The notes below the pieces were generated by a model. That model was not told the DNA's origin. It made no database searches and saw only the letters and a list, made by a program, of their open reading frames with translations. The translations under genes were made by a program, and so were the position numbers. A DNA stretch of 64,000 bases from Paramecium tetraurelia (lineage: Eukaryota), in contig CT868668.1 in the NCBI GenBank assembly GCA_000165425.1, forward strand, positions 186,001 through 250,000, given 5' to 3'. Below, piece after piece: positions 11,700 to 25,965 of the stretch (the stretch's first letter is position 1; every line of letters starts with the position of its first letter).

Positions 11700-14600
11700 T
11701 CACTTAATGAATTATGAGATCTTACATAATTTTTCTTTAATTTCTTGAAGTAATTATTAAAGAAATGTATTTGTAATGGTTAATAACCTCTATTGAATTA
11801 AATAAACTCTTTTAATATCTCCCTTGTGTAAAAGTAAGGCAACCCACTTTATCTACCCTTATTCCAAAGAATCATTATCAATCGTTATGGCAATTTTGTT
11901 TTTATTAATCTATGATGTAAAATAAAGCAATTTGAAATATTATGTACTTATATAATCATATATAAATTGCATGTCTTATAAAACATGCCTTAATATTATA
12001 TATATATAATTTCATTATCCTAAACACAATTTAAACCATTAGTTCTCACCATCAGCCAACAATTATTCAAACTATTCCTATTATTTTTGGCTCCTCATTT
12101 TAGATCGTTCATTACTCTTTTTTAAACGAGATTATATCTTAAATTCCCAATCATTATTTGAAGTTTAAATCTAAATAGTTAATATATCTTACTCTTAAAT
12201 TATCACTTTACTCTTGTTCTGATAATTTAGCTAATCGATTCTATTTTTTCATATTATATTTCATTATTTATTTCTTGTATTCGCTTTCAACTGGAATAAG
12301 AGCTCTTTCTAAAGTTAATTTAATTTGTTATCTTTCATCCTACAATTTATCACTGAAAAATAAGGTTAGAAATTGATCTACAGTCATGTTCTGAGAAAAT
12401 GCTGCATCTGTTTCTGGTGAGTTAGATCTTTAATTTTTTTGATCATCTTAATCAAAACATTTTAAACTTTTGCTTGATTTTCTCAGCATTTGAGGATAAA
12501 AGAAACTAATCAATTAATCATTTTGAAGAAGCTTACTTACATACCTTCTATTATCCTCTATTGATGAAATATCGTATTTTAAAATCTTAATAATTAAGAG
12601 TGTTAAACCGAAATGATCCTTGTGTTAAATTAATCTCTACAATAAATAAGCCATGCAATGAGATTCTTTAAAGTTTCTACTGTTACATAATTAAGCAAAA
12701 GGAACTCCTGATAGAATATCCATTAACTATTAAGGTTCCATTTTATATTTTATTATTTACAATGCCAAATTGTCTCTAAATTCAAATAGATTCAGCTGCT
12801 TTAATACTGATCGTATTTCTGGTGAATTTTTAGATGCCATCAAATTGATTATCTGGAACAATAAAATATCAATTTCTTCATTAAAACCAACTAATTCCTC
12901 GAAATTCTTTACTAAAAAGTCGAAATTTTTTAAATAGGTCATGTAATCATTTTTAATTACTGGATTTTATAATAAATCTTTTAAATAGTCTATTAATATA
13001 TGAGATGCATCATCATGTCTCTTTAAAATATCAATAATCTTCAATTTGGTAGATTTACTCAAATCATATTAAATGATTGTTCTTATTATTTTATATATCT
13101 GCTATAGAATTCTCTTATCCGTATTTTACAATAACATACATAAACTCTAAATAATATTAGAATCTAATAAAGTAGCTAAATTTTAATTATCCAAAATAGA
13201 TTCAAATATTTTCAAAACTTCTATTATGTAACTTTGAGAATTATTTTTGCCTAACATCAAAAAAAATAACTCCAATGATTCTAAATTTGTTATGTGTTAA
13301 ATGGGTTGCTTATTTTCTAAATATTGTTTCTGAGTTTTTTAGATGATTTCTGCAAACTCACTTCTCCCCATTACTGAAGAAACATTGCTACTATTTTCAG
13401 TGTAAAGGAGATGATAACTGTCAAAATTCCAAAACACAAGCTTGTATACTGTATTACATAATTAATTTGAAAACTCTTCTGCATTTATTAGCTTCTATAT
13501 CAATTGAAAAAACTTCTATTTATTACCATAAATGGGATTCTAATGATATTATCATAATAAATACCTTTATCTTGTTGCTTTTAGCATTCAGTAAGTATAA
13601 TATATTTGATAATTTAATGCTTTGCTCCTTTGTTGTTTCATATTAAAGGGTAGCAAACGAGTTTGTTAAATATTCTCCGTTGATCATTTTATCAAGTACT
13701 TTGTCTTAAAACATACTATGAATTGATAACAAACTGAGAATATCACTCATCGTCGCTCCATAATTTTATTCGTTTAATTTTTTTATTGTTTCTCCTGAAA
13801 ATACAAAATCGAACCATTACTCTAAATCCACTTTGTTTAAGTATATTTCTATATATTAAATTAAAACAGGGTAGAGATTTACCATATCGAAATAATATGG
13901 CAAATTCTTGCAAATCGAAATAAGCATATTTACTATTAATTCTTAATTTTTAAAATCATTTTACTTTAGAAATTATATAAGATTTTCAATCACAAGAGTG
14001 TTTTCATCTAGCAGTTTGATTTTGAAAAAAAAGTGGGAAATACATTATAAATATTATGGATTTAACTTTGAAATATCCATTAAGAATTCCAATAGAGGAG
14101 TTATTGGATTGAGTGGTTGCTACTCTAAAGCATTCCACATTTCATATTGAGAATAGATTAAATATATGACCATTTAAGGTTCTATTTTTAAATCGTTATG
14201 CCTCATGATCCCTGCAAGTGAATTAAACATTACTTAATTCAAACGGAATTATAAATGAGCAATTGCCAAATTGCTTTTTTCATTGTATTCAAAATCAAAT
14301 AGTTCTAGAATCTACTTACTTTGAATTAATTTGAGATTTGGTTTGATTAAATTCATAAATTACTCACATCTATTTTAACTAACCATATTTTTAAATATAT
14401 CTACTTCCTGTTTTTATACATTGTGCTCGCATCCTAAAAACTTATTAATAATTTCAACTATTTATATAAAAAACACATAATTAGATTAATCCTTAGCATC
14501 TTGCATATTGTTTTTTTTGGCTTACAAAAATGTATGATATATTTTATCAAAGATAATACTGAAATTTCGAAATGCCAATTCACTTTAATGGTCGAAGGAA

Positions 14601-16434
14601 TTCATGTATCTGCATTTTTTACTCATTTTAATTTCTATCATTTTGAATGCAAATCCAACAATCTATTTAAATTTTTCAATGTCATCAATAAATAAAATGG
14701 CTAATTAACTTTAAATAGCTTCAAATTCAAGACTATAAAATCCTTCTAATGAATTTAATTATTCATAAAGTTGAAATAGTTATTGACATATTTCATCGGA
14801 CTATTGAAATTTAACTTTTACTAAAATGTTTTTAAAATTAGTAAACATATACTCATTATCAATGTTGCAGAACTTCTCAGAAATTTAATCAGATGATAAG
14901 TATTATCTGATTTGAATGATGGCTAAATAATAGTACAATTTTAATCTCTTTGCAATTATAACATTCTTCCAATTCATATTTAAAACTTCAACAATGATAT
15001 TTAGAATTTTGTCCTGTTATATAGGTAATAATTCAAGCATCAAAGTGAATGCATCCAAATCATCAATCTCTGTTTCTGTTGTTGATATTTGTTTTAAGAA
15101 ATTATAGAACTATTATTAAAATTATTCATCTTATAAATCCTTATGGCTGATAAAATCGCTTAATATTTGATAACCGTTCACTCTTTTAAACTCTATTTTA
15201 TTTCTCGCATTATTTTAAAGAATTTGCTAAACAGTTTGAAGCAAATCAACTTAAACTTCAGATGTGGCTTTTTCAAGTGTTTCTAATATGGCCTTGAATC
15301 CACCTTAAAGAACTTGAAATTCTTTAAGTATGTCTTCAGACTAAGATCTTTCAGATTGAGTCAGTGATAAGGCAAGTCTTTCTGGAGGAGTGCTGCTAAT
15401 ACTGATAATTTTTTCATAAATTTCATTTTTATTCTGATCCTAATCTGAAGTTGATCTACTTATTGATTGAGAATTCATATAGAAACTTAAATCAACTTCG
15501 AAGATAGATTGCAAACTTATCTATTGCTCTATTGCTTATTATAAGGTTAAAATTTCCTTCTTTTCTACAGAAAACTATTTTATACTCTACTGCTTATTAT
15601 TTTGAGTGGGAAGAAACACTTTGGAGAGTTCTAATTTAATGTTAATTATGAGTTATACCTTGAAATGCAAAGGATCTCAATGACCCTGCTATTTTACTGA
15701 ATTTTTATTTTATTGTTTATTCTTGACTATCCTCTACATTACATATCACAACTTGATTTATATCTTCTATAAGTAAAAAATGCAAGAGCGCCTTAGATAT
15801 TACTCGATTTAGTTGTGGATCTTTATTCATCAATATTGAGAGCAATTTGTGGAATCCTTATTATTCAAAAAATTCAATCCTTTAGTTGAGATTCTCTGAA
15901 AATAAAACCTTAGTTAAAAAAACATTTATACGATCAGCTTTATGATAAGAACCTTAGATTCAGTTTTCTATGCTTTTTCAATTAAATTCAGAAAATCGGA
16001 CAATACATTATGGGAATTTTCAACACTTTTACGATACTTTGGTTCTCTCAAAATTTATTCAGCCAATTAAATGCATTATTCCATAATGTCCTAAACCAAT
16101 TGCCCTTGGTCTGCATTTCTAAAGATTAGTTTAAACAAAATATAACCTTTTTTAGATTTCAGGAAATTTATTCAAATAATCCAATATTACTACCAAGACT
16201 TAATTAGCATCACCTAAGATGACTTCTAACTGTTGATCATTGCTTTTTAAAAAATTCTTAATTGTTATGTTTGCCTATTCTAGAAATTGTTAAAATCTTT
16301 TAGTAAAATTCATATTACTTCTTGAGTGTTTGTGGATCCTCAGACAAATTTGAAACTTTCTTGTAATCCTCCCATAGATCTTTCAGACGCTTTTAAAGTG
16401 TATAGTTTTTCCATTTTTATTTAATAGTGTCCAT
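11700..16434 (-). CDS. Large (about 1500 aa) alpha-solenoid (ARM/HEAT-like) protein
   Basis: MDTIKQKWKNYTLQKRLKDLWEDYKK...; ARM-like segments EFFEQQGFHKLLSIL and QILQNNARNKIEFKRVNGYQIL; several 22-28 nt introns; 3' third not traced codon by codon. Confidence 0.7.
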
Positions 16435-16575
16435 AATTTATATAAATATATAAACTCCATATAACTTGCAAATTAATGAAACTAGTTTAACAAAAAAACA
16501 AATTGCTTTCAAAAATGCGTGAAATAAATTATTACTTAATATTATAATAAATTTTATTGCTTTTAATCATTAAAA

Positions 16576-17813
16576 ATGGCTTCCTATAGAGATCCTGTTT
16601 ATGGAATCAATAATAAACCTGCATTTGATCAAATTAGATATCCCTCGAACACAGACGTTAATACTTAATATACATAAAAACCTTTGGGTACAGAATAAGG
16701 ACCAGGATTACCAATGTAATTTGGATAGGCATCTGCAAGAGCCTATGCTTAAGAAGTAAAATCCAAATCCACTAAAATAGTTCTAATTATCACCAGAAAT
16801 TTAAGCATTAAATAAACAATAACAATTTTAATCACCGAATCAAGGACCTCCAATTGTATAAAATATTGTCCAACCATAACCTATATACTAAGAAATCCAA
16901 CACTATGATAAGCCAGTTAAGGTAGTACCTCGAATTGATATTGAAGAGCCATGGAGAAGTATAATTCAATATTGATCATAGATAAATGTACATTCTTAGA
17001 AAGATAAATATATGATTTGCAATAAGAAAATTTTAGATTAAAATCATAAAATATTGCATCTGAAAAGATCAGTTATTTTGAAGATACAGGAAGAGTTAAT
17101 CAATTAATGCAAGAAGTGGATAGACTCAATAAGACTATTATTGATTTGAATTCAGAAATCGATTAATGGGGATTGAGATACTCAAGCTTAGAAACTCAAT
17201 TGAAAACCAGATCTAATGTTGAAATGGAAGTTGAAAGAATGAAGAGAGCTGTCCAAGATAATGACAACATTGTCTAAGTTGAAATGAATAGACTAAGAGA
17301 GTAATTAGATTAATGGTAGAGAAGATGCTAATCACTTGAGTCTTAGAGTTTTGAAGCCTAAAACTTTATGGCTAAGTCAAGAACAAAAGATTAAAATATT
17401 TGTAATATTTGTTATTGACTTTTAGTCAATTTATAATCAGATTTAAAAAAAGCAGAACTGAATTTGAAGTTAAAATAAGATGATTTGGATACTGTTTAAT
17501 AAAAATTGAATAGATTGGAAAAAATAGTTCGAGAGACTGAATATTAAAACCAAGAAATCACTAAGTATAATATAACTTAAATTTGTTTAGTCTTAGAAAA
17601 ATCATTGATGATAGGAATAAGGAAATAGAAATATTAAGAAGATAAAGTTAATCATAATATTCAAGCTAAAATTTGAAGGATTTGGAAAGCAAGGTTTCAC
17701 TGTTTTAGAATGAATGTAATAGATTAAATGAACTATTAAATCATAAGGAGCAGGAACTTTAATTATATAGAGATTAATTAAAGAGGCAATCTCATTACAG
17801 TAATAAATAATGA
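16576..17813 (+). CDS. Coiled-coil protein with P/Q-rich N-terminus
   Basis: MASYRDPVYGINNKPAF...; heptad-rich C-terminal half (LMQEVDRLNKTIIDLNSEIDQW); four tiny introns; TGA 17811-17813. Confidence 0.75.
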
Positions 17814-18104
17814 CTTAGATTTAATCAAAATTTTATCGATTTTCATTGTAATAATCAATATCTTAATTTATCATAAAAATAAATTATATTTACTTAAATT
17901 AAGACTTTTTTATTCTAAATATTCCCTTAATAAACTTATTTATATTTAATTAAAATAAAATTAATCTGATTGACACATCCCCCTGGTGCTCTTTTGAGAT
18001 CTAATTTTATTAATTGAAGAGTTGATGTTCTTTTCTGATAAATAAAATATTTAAATAACTAAATGATAGCTTTATAAAATAATTTAGTTTAATTTAGATT
18101 AATG

Positions 18105-19435
18105 TCATGATAATATCAATAATAATAACAACATCAAAACTATGATTTAATGGCTCTAATTCTCTACAATATTTTCTTTGATTGAACATTAACAAACTCC
18201 ATCAATGCATCTTTCGCAAACTCCCTTTGAAATATAAAAACTAATTGAATATATAATAACTATATACCCATAGGTGCATTTAAGACATATATTTGAATCA
18301 ACGCATCTTTCACAACCAGTACCACATCCTTGACATGAGAATCCATTAAAAAAATAAGCAGTAGCACATTAATTACAAAATGAAGGTCCCGAACATTATA
18401 AACAGTTATCACCACATGGACTGCATGCACCATTTTTAATATAATAACCACTTTCACAAGTAGTACATGCAGTTTCATTTTATACTTAACAATTTTTGAT
18501 TGAATTGGCAGTGCAAACTCCATTTTTAATAAAGTATCCTGGTTTACATTCAACACAATGTCCTGGAGTATCACATTATTTACAATTGATATCACAAGCA
18601 ATGCAGGTTTAATTAAGTAAATAAAACTTGGATGCACATTTAGTACATTTAGTTCTATCATCTTAGTGACAACTTTCACAATTGATATCTGGACAACCTA
18701 GACATTAATTATCTGTTGTTAAGACATAACCTGTTTGACAATCGGTACATGTATTTTCAGAACATTTCTTACAATTTGGAGTGCAAAATTCACATAGCTT
18801 AGTTTCTTTCAAGACATAGGCATCTTCACAACTAGTACAGGTGAAATCGTCATCACATTTTAGACATCCAGTTGGACATTTTGTACATTGTTCTCCAACT
18901 AGATAATATCTATCAATGCAAGTATCACAGACAAATAATGATTCTTCAACCTACGTACAACTTTTACAGCCATATGGACAATCTTTACAAACTATACAAA
19001 TTCATAATTATTCTGTCTTACTTCCTTTTTCTACATAGAAAGCATCTGCACATTGTGAACAATAATCTGCCAAAGAACAAGAAACACAATCATCCCCACA
19101 TTTCTTACAACTACCATCCTCTTGTTTGATATATCCTGTTTCGCATTTTGAACATTTAGAAAATAAACCATCAGGTTCACACACTTCACAGTTAACCTAA
19201 ATATGAAATCTTTAAGTACTGGACATCTTATGCAAGTTGAAGTGGTTGAATTAAATCTGTATCTGTCTTCACATTCATTACACAATTATGGATCACAACA
19301 ACTTTTACATCCTTTCTAGCAAGTAAAACAGAAAGAGAGATCTTAAATTTTGTATAAATAATCTGTTCCCAAACATCCAGTACTTGTGGGGAGATATTGG
19401 CCTTAAACTCCAAGCAATAATAATAATGCTATCAT
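18105..19435 (-). CDS. Cys-rich furin-like-repeat surface protein, probably GPI-anchored
   Basis: Signal peptide MIALLLLLGVQG; repeated CxxCxxxCxxC...CxxCxxGY units; hydrophobic C-terminal tail IIVLMLLLLLILS*; two introns. Confidence 0.85.
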
Positions 19436-19559
19436 ATTTATTAATATATATTTTATATTGGGTTTTAAATTTATTCTCAACCTATTAAACATCCTTCAAA
19501 ATTTAATAGAAAATCTATTTCATTATTACAACAACAAACTAATTCTTTATTAATAGAAT

Positions 19560-21545
19560 TTTTTTGAACATTCTTAGTAACCCAAATAAAAGGAAGAAAT
19601 TATTTTGATAATCCATCATTAAATATGAGTAGGGAAGTTTAAGAGAGTCTCTATTACTATAGAAAACCATGATAAATAGTTCAATAAAGTAAATAACTAG
19701 AAATTCTGACACTAACAAAAATTGTATTGGAAACAATATTTTGTTTATCTACAATAAATGTTAGATCTTATCTTTGAAAAATTTATGTTACAAGAAAATA
19801 GCAAATAATCCATTAATATTTAATATAAGTTAATAATTTAGTTGATCATTGAAATTAACAATTAATAAATAATGGTAGATCTTTCCTTCTCTCTAATTGA
19901 TATTTGAAGAGATTTTAGTGTTTACTTTTATTATTTTAAAAAGTAATCTAATTTTTCTAAAGTATATATGAATTTCATCAAAAATATATGATGAGATCTT
20001 TAATATCAAGGTTAAACAATAAAAAATCATCAAAAAATATTTAATTAAATTTGAATGAGAGTTTTAAATCAATATTTTCAAATCCAATATTTTTATATTA
20101 AAATACATCTAATACCTTAGTACAAATTTCCTAAAAATAATATTTCTGAACCTGAATTGGAAGAAAACTTTGAGAAAAATGAAAACCCTATTTTTATTAT
20201 TGATGAACCCATTCGAAAAGGAGAATCTTGAATCATTTATGAAACAAAAGAAATAGCTATCAGAATGCCTTATATAAAGCAAATTTATCAAATAGAACCA
20301 ATTAGATAAGAAAATAAATAAGACATACTATGATTTAAAATTAATGAATTAAATACATAAAATTTTATTCCAAGTTTTAAGTCAAATTGCCTTAACAGCA
20401 GTAGTCAAAAAAAGAAGAGTGTTCCAAAAAAAGTAGAGAGTGGTCAATCTGCTGAATATAAAATCAATACAAATAGAGAGTAATCCTTATTTATTAAATA
20501 CAGAATAGAATTGATAACAAGGCTAACACTCCAGAAATGATTAGAACTTTAAATACCAACTTTAGTCCTCCAATAAAATATACAGACATTCTCAAAACCA
20601 TTAAATAAAGCAGCCATAATTAGCCATCTAAAATTCAAATTAGTAATAGAACGTAGAAAAGTTAGTCTATGATGTCGATTTTGATTAAGCAAAGAATAGA
20701 GTTTCTTCTTAATTCAAATCCCCCAAAGAAGTGACTCCAACCAAAAAGCACACTTAAACAATTTTCGGTAATCATAGAGATTGAAAATTAAAAATCAATA
20801 TCTAACTACTTATAAGAAGATGACATAAGAAATATCAAATAAGAATTTAAAACTTAGTGATGTTGATATAAATAGATTAAAGAACTAAAACATAGCAAAA
20901 TGAAAAGTAAAAATAGGTATAAAAAATCATTCAAAAGATGCTTTAGAAAAAAAAAAATCCAAAATGGAGATAATTACTAAACCATATTTTGATAAGAATC
21001 TCCAAGTTGCGTTAACCAAACAGATTCCATCAAGATAATCATTTTCTCCTACGATTCAACTAACAAAAACTGAATATAATGCACTTGGTCACTCCTCTTC
21101 AACCCATATAAGTGAAGTTTAAAATGTAAATTTGGCAGCCGTTCTAGTAATCTTAAATTAGATTTTAATTTGGCCAATTTTTAAAGAAGCAAAGTATTCT
21201 TAGACATCAGTTATAGATTTCTTGAGAGAAGTGTTTTTCAGCAGACATCTCCATATCAATTACAATATAAAATTGAATTTCAAGAGCAAAACGACTATTT
21301 TAAAACTAAATTCTGTGATCACTTAAATCTAACTTAGAATTCTTTAAAAATTGTTCACAAGTGACCTTAAAAATCCTTTGACACAAAAATTATTAAATCC
21401 TCCAAAATGGCCTCCCCTTTCATCTGATAAAATTAAAACTCTAATTTTTGAACTTGATGAAACATTAATCCTACAGATTATATGACTAATATTCATATTC
21501 CAAATGAACCAGAAACAGAAGTATACTAATTTAAAGATTGGATAA
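19560..21545 (+). pseudogene. Decayed FCP1/SCP (NIF-family) CTD phosphatase-like gene; boundaries approximate
   Basis: KIKTLIFELDETLI at about 21429-21470 (HAD motif DLDET changed to ELDET), followed at once by TGA 21483; upstream coding-like frames broken by TGA (e.g. 21362) and frame changes; rest of the catalytic domain absent. Confidence 0.65.
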
Positions 21546-21750
21546 TGGTATTCCAATTATTCCCTTTGAAGAAAACAAAAAGGATAAGGAATTAAACTAT
21601 ATGGCGGACTATCTAATTAAATGTGAAAAATAATTAAATTGGCTCTTGTACCACAAACAACACTTTCAAAATAAACTATACCTCCAGTGCTCATTAATTG
21701 AAAAGTGTATACACAGATTATTATAAACATAAAATTATTGATTTTAATTT

Positions 21751-23176
21751 ATGGATTTATTTTTGAATAAACCTGCCGAAGTTCCACAGAGACAATACAT
21801 TCGTCTTTTCGTAAATACAGGACAAAAATAATTCATTGCCACAGTAGATCGCACTTAATAAGTAATTGAGTAAATTTATCAATTAGAATTTGGAAGTTTA
21901 GATTGCAAATTCATTCGTGTACACTTAAAGAGAAAATCCAGATAATGAGGAAATACAGCAATTCTAAGTAAAAAATATCAAATAAAATGGCTATTTGGTT
22001 GTGATTCCTAAACAAATGTAAATTGGACATGTGCTTGATGATTAAACCTTTATCACTTGCGAAATCATTGAACCAAAAAAGAAGTCACAAGTTAAAATTG
22101 AATAAACCGACAATTAAAAAAGAAGAAATAAACATTAAAAAGAACAAAACAAATTAGTAGAAAATTTACCAGACATTTCCCCACCTAGAACTCTACCTTA
22201 ATAGCAAGAGGAAAAATAAACAAATAAATAGCCATAAAATAACTAAAATCAAAAACAATAGCAATAATAATAATAATAATAATAACCATAATAAAAAGAA
22301 TAGTTGACAAAAAAACAATTAAAATAATAAAATAAGAATAAAATAGAAGAAGAAAAAACTAAGCAACAACAAGCCTAAAATATCTAAGAATAAATATAAA
22401 ATGAAAACATAAAGGAAAATAAAGATATAAAAAATAAAGATCATTAGGCCAATAATGATTAGAAAAATTAAATTTAAGTGGAAGTTCAATAGCATGAACC
22501 ATAAAACTTGAAAGAACATCAAGAATAAACTGAGGCATTAGGAAAAAAGGAAACCAAAGAAACAACAAATCAAAACAGAGAAAAAAGCAAAGAATAAAAA
22601 GAAAATCTTTAAACTTCAGAAATCTAAATAGGATAATAATAAAAGGATGGATCAAAAAAAGAAAAATAATAACACCAAGCCTAACCTTAAGCAAGTTAAA
22701 AACCCTAAGAAAATTAATAAACAAAAGCAGTACATTAACAAAAATAGGATCTAGATGAAGAAAATAATTTTGGAATAAAAAAACTTCCTAAACTTACTTA
22801 ATCTAATGAGGATCATATAAATAATACTTAATAATAGAACGTAGATAAAGTGAAATAAGATAAGTAAACCTAGAATACTTAGTAATAAAAGCAAATTGAA
22901 AATGATAAATAGAAGTAAACTAAATAAAATAAATAATAACATCAATAACAATAACAATAATAAAATCAAAAATAATAATAATAAGCAGCTTAATAAAAAT
23001 AAAACTAATAGACAAAGAAAGTCAATAAAGTTATAAAAACAGGATATGATTCAGATGAAAATTCTGATGATCAATAGTAAGTAAAAGTCAAGGTTGTATA
23101 AAATTAGAGATAAGTTAAGAAAAATGATAAGAAATAAAGTATAGACTTTGATAATAATTTATTTGAAAACTGTTGA
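21751..23176 (+). CDS. Protein with a small globular N-terminal domain and a long Q/K/E/N low-complexity tail
   Basis: MDLFLNKPAEVPQRQYIRLFVNTGQKQFIATVD...; 25-nt intron; poly-Gln encoded by TAA/CAA runs; ends FENC*. Confidence 0.7.
22265..22285 (+). repeat. (TAA)7 microsatellite, a coding poly-Gln tract
   Basis: Direct reading; in frame within 21751..23176. Confidence 0.8.
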
Positions 23177-23251
23177 AATATAGGGTCCTGTAATTAATTA
23201 ATAATAATATTAATATTTAATTTTCCTTAATAAATATAACAATATAATTTT

Positions 23252-25847
23252 TCATTTCTTCTTAAGTTCTGATAGTCTTTTATCATCTTTGAGTTTTCTA
23301 TCCATTTCTTCATATTTAAGAAGTGCTTAAGATTCAAATCTAATAGCTCTTTACTCCAAAATATCAATTCTAAATTGTATATTGATATATTCATTATCAT
23401 CTGGATCTGCCTTTTTCTACTACATTTATTCAGCTTGATCTAATTTAGCTCTCTCTTCTTCTAATTTTTTTTAGATGATGGCTGCTCTTGAGAGTAAACT
23501 AAAATTAAAATGCATAATAAAACCGCTCCTTCAATTTAGTCATAACATCTTTTTATATATCCAAAGCTTCATTGTAATTAAGTACTTCCTTTCCTAATAA
23601 CTTTCTCTTTTCTAAATATGGATAGAGATAATCTTTGTCAGCTTATTCCCGTTATTTTTCTTCTTCAGATTTCTTTAATGTTTCCTTATATCTTTCTCTA
23701 GCTTTGTCATGAAGTGTTTTTTCAAGTCTTAGATCTTAAGATCTCAATTACTCTTCATCCTTCTTTACTTCATCTTCTTGATTTTTAATGTGTGTTAAGC
23801 ATTCCTTTTCTAAAGATGAAACTAAATATACCTAAATTTGCAATTCTTTAATTCTCTTAAGAAACCAAAGCATCTTCATTTTTTTTCTCAACTCCAGTTT
23901 CATTTAACTTTCCTAATCCGTGCATATTCTCCCTTTTTAACTCTTTGACTTATGGATTAATTTCTCCTTTATTCATATGATAATAGACTCTTAAATCATA
24001 ATAAATTATTATTAACCTAATAACATTTTTAACCAAATCAATAACAACCTTTTATGGTTACTCACTGGCAGGGATACAATTCACTTAATTCATATTTTTA
24101 AGTCATTTTAGTAATTTTAACTTATCCCCATATATCTATCATTATGGATTAAATCTCTTTATTCAAATTTTTTATCCTTAGCATCAAATCTAACAGATCT
24201 ATATATAACTCTATCATCTCTGTTCTCATACTCTTCTATTGTTTTTTCTCCAATTTTTTCTATTCTTTTAATCAACCCATCATGATTCCTTGTTGGGTAA
24301 TATAAAATGATCCTTAATTATCTATCTATTGTAGTAATTGTCTTTCTTTAAGGTTTATTACCTGGCTCATACTCTTCAATGGTCTTAAATTCATAAGGGA
24401 ATCTTCTTTTCAACACTAATTTGTCAGATCTGTGTTTGTAAAAATATCTAATTTCATGAATTTTCAATCTTTTATAATCCTGATAAATAGTAAATCTTTA
24501 AACTAATCCATCCTTTTCTTATGAGTATGGAGCATAGGAGTCAATTTTAACATTTCTTATAGAAGACAGTAGACTCTCCCAAAAGGTGTTCCCTTGAGAA
24601 AAGACTCTTTATCTATGAACATCTTGGGTGGCCAAGGAGGTGGCATGTCTAAGATTTAAGCAATATCTTATAATTGTTATTATTAGGGATCGACTTGCTT
24701 TTATTATTGATTATGATCTTCACCATAATTATAATCTTCATCATCTTACTAGCTTTATTCAACCATAGTGTCTAACATGACGTATTCCCAATTCATGGAT
24801 GTGTCCATCTCATCAAAATTCAAATCTGCAACTTTAGATTCAAGTTTCATATTAATCCAGAAGTTTTTATTGTTGAAAACAGCATCAACAGTTAAAAAGG
24901 GACTCTCATTAATTTAATAGATCCTACCTGTGGAAGGTTCAATAAAGAGATTTCTTTCAACTCCTCTTTTTCCGGCTTTTAAGAGTATCCAACAATGAAT
25001 TCTTTGCCGGCATAATAACCGCTCCCATTTGATCGGTTCATCATCATCAATAGTGAGAGCTATTCTTTTTTATTCTTTTTCAAATTCCTCTTTTTGCTTT
25101 TATATTTTAGTATCGTATTTTGACACAATCTCTTCTTTTGGAAGGATGGCAAATTCATTATCTTTGAGTTCGTCATTATCTTTATCCCTGTCTTCATCAT
25201 CCTCTTTAATTCCATTATTGATGAAGATGTAATCAAGATCTGATTCATTCTTACTTGTTATTGATCGAGGAGCTGTTCCATACACACAATAAGCATCATA
25301 TCCGACACCTATTAAGACGCTGCAGAGTAGCATAGATAAATCAAAGCAATCTCCTTTTTGCCATCTCGCAACGTTGGTTGGACTGGGGATTACTTTAGGG
25401 AATTGATCAGGAGGATCCAATTATTCATAAGCTATGAAGAAGCTCATATATCGAGCACACTATTCGTAATTGTAGAGTTCTAGATATCCAATTTTTTAAG
25501 GACGCAAGGTTGTGCATATAAATTTGTAGAGATCGCATTCATTTTTTGGATAGAGGAAGAGGTTTCTTCTTTCATCATAATGTAATTGAAACTGTTTTTA
25601 AAATTATTGTACATGCTCCAATACTAATTCTTCTTTGGGGGAGTTTTCTAGGATTAATTTGGAAGTCACAAATACCTTTATAACAAAAAGGGACTGGAAT
25701 GTCTTTGCCCTCTTTGAAATCTCGACACCTCTGCAATTTTTCATTGACAACAGTTGCGTTACCAGATTTCAAGATGGCAAGTATATTATTTTATTGTTGC
25801 TGGGCTTGCTTCTGAATTTCCACATCACTAACGGGATTATTTGACAT
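23252..25847 (-). CDS. DRC7: Dynein regulatory complex subunit 7 (CCDC135, transglutaminase-like); two apparent single-base insertions at about 24545-24585
   Basis: PKNECDLYKFICTTLRP, SPTNVARWQKGDCFDLSMLLCSVLIGVGYDAYCVYGTA, HCWIL, FIEPSTG, LDMPPPW, RIDILEQR. Confidence 0.85.
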
Positions 25848-25965
25848 TACAAGTGCAATTATAAAATAATAATAATTATTATTATGTTCTAAACAAATAC
25901 ACAAGAGATTCAAGTTTGTAATTTTTAGTTTCTTAGTATTTGAATTTGTGATAATATAAATAAAT

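Noticed and set aside
14000..14290. Suspected frameshift in the large ARM-like gene
   Set aside because: Re-counting codon phase showed a single continuous frame
17965..18040. SECIS element for the Cys-rich gene
   Set aside because: No AUGA/GA quartet on the mRNA strand, and no in-frame TGA seen in that gene
18260..19413. Track ORFs rich in V/N/L (e.g. 18260..18679)
   Set aside because: Off-frame readings of the Cys-rich furin-repeat gene
22319..22969. Hydrophobic minus-strand ORFs in the track that look like membrane proteins
   Set aside because: Antisense shadows of the A-rich Q/K/N low-complexity region of the + strand gene
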